Below, piece after piece: positions 61,036 to 64,000 of a stretch of 64,000 bases of DNA. How positions within the stretch are numbered: the first letter of the stretch is position 1; each line of letters starts with the position of its first letter. The position numbers and the translations under genes are program-made. The stretch comes from Lama glama (lineage: Eukaryota). The notes under the pieces are model-generated. The model did not search any database. It worked only from the letters and a program-made list of their open reading frames with translations, and was not told the origin of the DNA. The stretch lies in the NCBI GenBank assembly GCA_028534125.1, contig CM052818.1:17672001-17736000 (forward strand), written 5' to 3'.

Positions 61036-64000
61036 ATTCAATCCACCCTTACTTTGCTTTTCTTTCTGCTGCTGCTTCTGCTCATAACTCCCCATAGCTA
61101 TTGTTGAAGGCTTATCGGTATCTCTTCATTCATGAATATCCTTGAAAAGAGAGCTAACTGATGAGTTTGTTTCCATTCATCAGAGAATCCCTTTGTGCAA
61201 ACCTGTCCCTTCATGCCACATCCTAGTATGCTGGCCAGGCTATCTATAGGTACTTATGTAACCAGTTACCCATTCCTAGTCCAACTAGTTGTGGCAAAGC
61301 TGGTGGTGGTGCTTGGTTCAAAGCATCATAATCTACGCATGAGAAATGCACAGAAAAGGGGCTGTGGGTGTAGTAGACCCTCTGATGGTCATGGGGTCAT
61401 TGTTAACAGGCAGACATCTGTCCTGGTCTATTGAATACATATTGCTGAGAGCCAGTGTGGTCTGGGCTTTAAAAAACTGAGTTTTAAATGGATAGCAGTG
61501 AGTGCCTAACACTGAAGATTCCCACTCTTTATAACAAATTCAAACACTCAAATTGTTTATCCTTTATGACTGTATTCAACTAAATTTACACACAAGATTT
61601 TCTTTCAGCCCCCCAAAAGTTTATATGCAAAGTATCTCCATCCCTGCCAACATGTTAAAATTTATTCTATCATTAAGAATTTCCAGGGAATTCAAACTAG
61701 AATTCTTTTCAATTATTTATAAATCATATGTTGGTGTTTGATAGAATATTTGGAGTTAAAATGCACTGAGGCAATCAAAGCATTGTCAGGATTTCAGAGT
61801 TTATGTCAATAGACTACACCACCAGGATGTTTTAAATAGGCAAACAGCAAGGAGTGCAGTCCGGATGGCTCATGACTGAGCAGATGCTTCCAGTAAAAAC
61901 AAAGGGTCAAATGGTGTTGTCTTAAAATAGAGCAGGGACAATTTTGGCAGTCACTTAGAACAGTGAAGAGAGAGTGGGGAGAGAAGACAGATAGGAAATT
62001 CTATTGAAAGAGATACTGATGCCCTCTACCCAATGCAGGGAATCAGCTCCTGGACCCAAATAAATGTAAAAGGCTGATATTCTTGCAGAGGTCTGGCCGA
62101 GCCAGGAGAGCCATTGTTACATCAGTCTCAGGCCTCAGTCACACAAACAGAAAATCCCTAGAGCACACAAGAAGGGCGTTATTGGGGTCACACCTGGGAG
62201 AATCCCCTCTCTTCAGTTCTGAAAGTTTATATTCACTGCAGGAAAAAACCCAGTTAATTGAAGGTCCGAAAGTCTCTAACGGAAAAGTTGCAGTACAATA
62301 CAATACAATAGCTAAAGAAAGGCTTTAACTATGGGGATAATCAAAGCTTTCTCAATGCGTACTCCTTAAATGAACACATATATGGTCATATCGGAAAAGG
62401 AAGCCAGCTAAAAAATGTACAGCTTTCCACATTCCTCACTGTCCCCTACATCTGTACAAAATTACCATTGTTTGCCTCTGAAGCCTGCTTACTCCAGGAT
62501 CCTTACACACCTGCTACAATGCCTTGCTTGCCCTTGACAGAAAAAATAAATAGAATAAAAGTTTTCTGGAGACTGAATTTTATAATAATTTTGAAATTAG
62601 GTGGCAGGCATCTCAAGATCCATGACAATGGAAAGCTATGATAGAGTTAGAGTGAGTTATTTTCAATTGCATCCTTTTTAAGGGTACTTAAAAGGAGTTT
62701 GGTAATCACACATATGTCCATAATATAATCAAATACATCATTGAACATGTCATTCTTAGGTTAAAAGAATGAACGTTTAGAATCTCGGGAGAACTTAATT
62801 CAACCCATAGAATTATTCTAATGGCTCCAGAGTTTGACCCAATATATGATTCATTTTCATGCAAGTAAACAGTACAGATTTCCTTGTAGGTGTAAAGCAA
62901 CAGAATGTAAGAAAGTATGTAAGTTTTCTCCTGGCAATTTACTTTTTTCAACTCTTACTTTGGTGTCAGTGAGATAAACTGTTTTTCATTCTCCAAGTCG
63001 TTAATAGTTTTAATCTGGGATGACAGGCCGTTATTTCAAAAACAGTAACCATTTAGTTCAGTCTGATTGTTTCATACATAAACGTACTGCATGTACAGAT
63101 TTAATAGCTGGTTAAACACTGTCAGCTCCATGTGAGGATACTTGTAATAATTCACCCCAGTTCCATATTAGTCAACTGAAATGTCTTCAGACCTGTTGGC
63201 ACGATGCTCACAGTACTCAGCTCCATGACAAATAGAGTCACTTTATTTGTAGACAAATATCATGTGCATGATTGACTAAATTTACCTCAAAATTGGCTGC
63301 ACAAAATTCATTATTTAGCACAAAATGTCAAATGCAATCCACTTCTGACTTTTCTTAAAGGGTGTGTATGGAAGACTGCTTAACATTCTGCCTTTCTGAC
63401 AGTGTTTCCAAGACCCTTGATGGAACAGATGTGATCAAGGAAGTCATGGCAGATGAATCAGAAGCACCCCCAGGATTCTAGTTCAACTGTAGTGTGTGCA
63501 TTTACACTTTATCTTTTCTTCTTTGTAGATTCAAGTCAACAGCTTCATTATTAGCTAAATATTTGAGACACTTTCATAACGAAAAGGCAGATGTTATATT
63601 TAGTAACTGAGGAGTTGAGGAAGACTGACCAACATTTGAAAGTTTCCGAAAGAAAACTTTCTTCCTTTTTATTTAATTTTTTTCCATTTTGGTGAGGTTG
63701 TCCTGCAGTGATTAAGATCTACACACACACACATACACATAAACAGAAAGAAAAGTTTTCACCTAAACTTGAGTCCCTGGTTTTTAAATAAATAATAAGA
63801 TAATATTTAACAGATTTAACCTTGCTTTTGACTTTATACCTTAGGAAAAAATGGCGGAGTCCAAGTGATATAATTGGAAATAATTGACTCCAAATATTTG
63901 TTCACTTGTTTAATGAAATATGCATATTATAAAATTTGTATTATATACAAGTGGGCAAATATTTAGTCAGCTGTATATATGTATGTATATATGGAATAGT

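Overview
AT-rich mammalian genomic DNA, most likely a camelid, inferred from a vic-1/SINE_Vpa-type tRNA-derived SINE and camelid-type L1 3' ends recognised from memory. The window holds the 3' end of NRXN1 (neurexin-1) on the + strand: the end of the last intron (1-3452), the terminal coding exon (3453-3760; stalk, TM helix and cytoplasmic tail ending in the PDZ ligand EYYV) and a ~3.1 kb 3'UTR. About 850 bp downstream, in convergent orientation, lies a full-length processed ferritin light chain (FTL) pseudogene with target-site duplications and a degenerate iron-responsive element. The remaining ~55 kb is gene desert filled with L1, L2, L3/CR1, HAL1, MIR, LTR/ERV and DNA-transposon relics. 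I cannot support a new multi-gene biological system here. The most notable signals are structurally unusual retro-insertions, recurrent CpG-rich patches that suggest GC-biased gene conversion, and an intronic in-frame ATG upstream of the last NRXN1 exon. Repeat family names come from recalled consensus motifs, and boundaries of old repeats are approximate.
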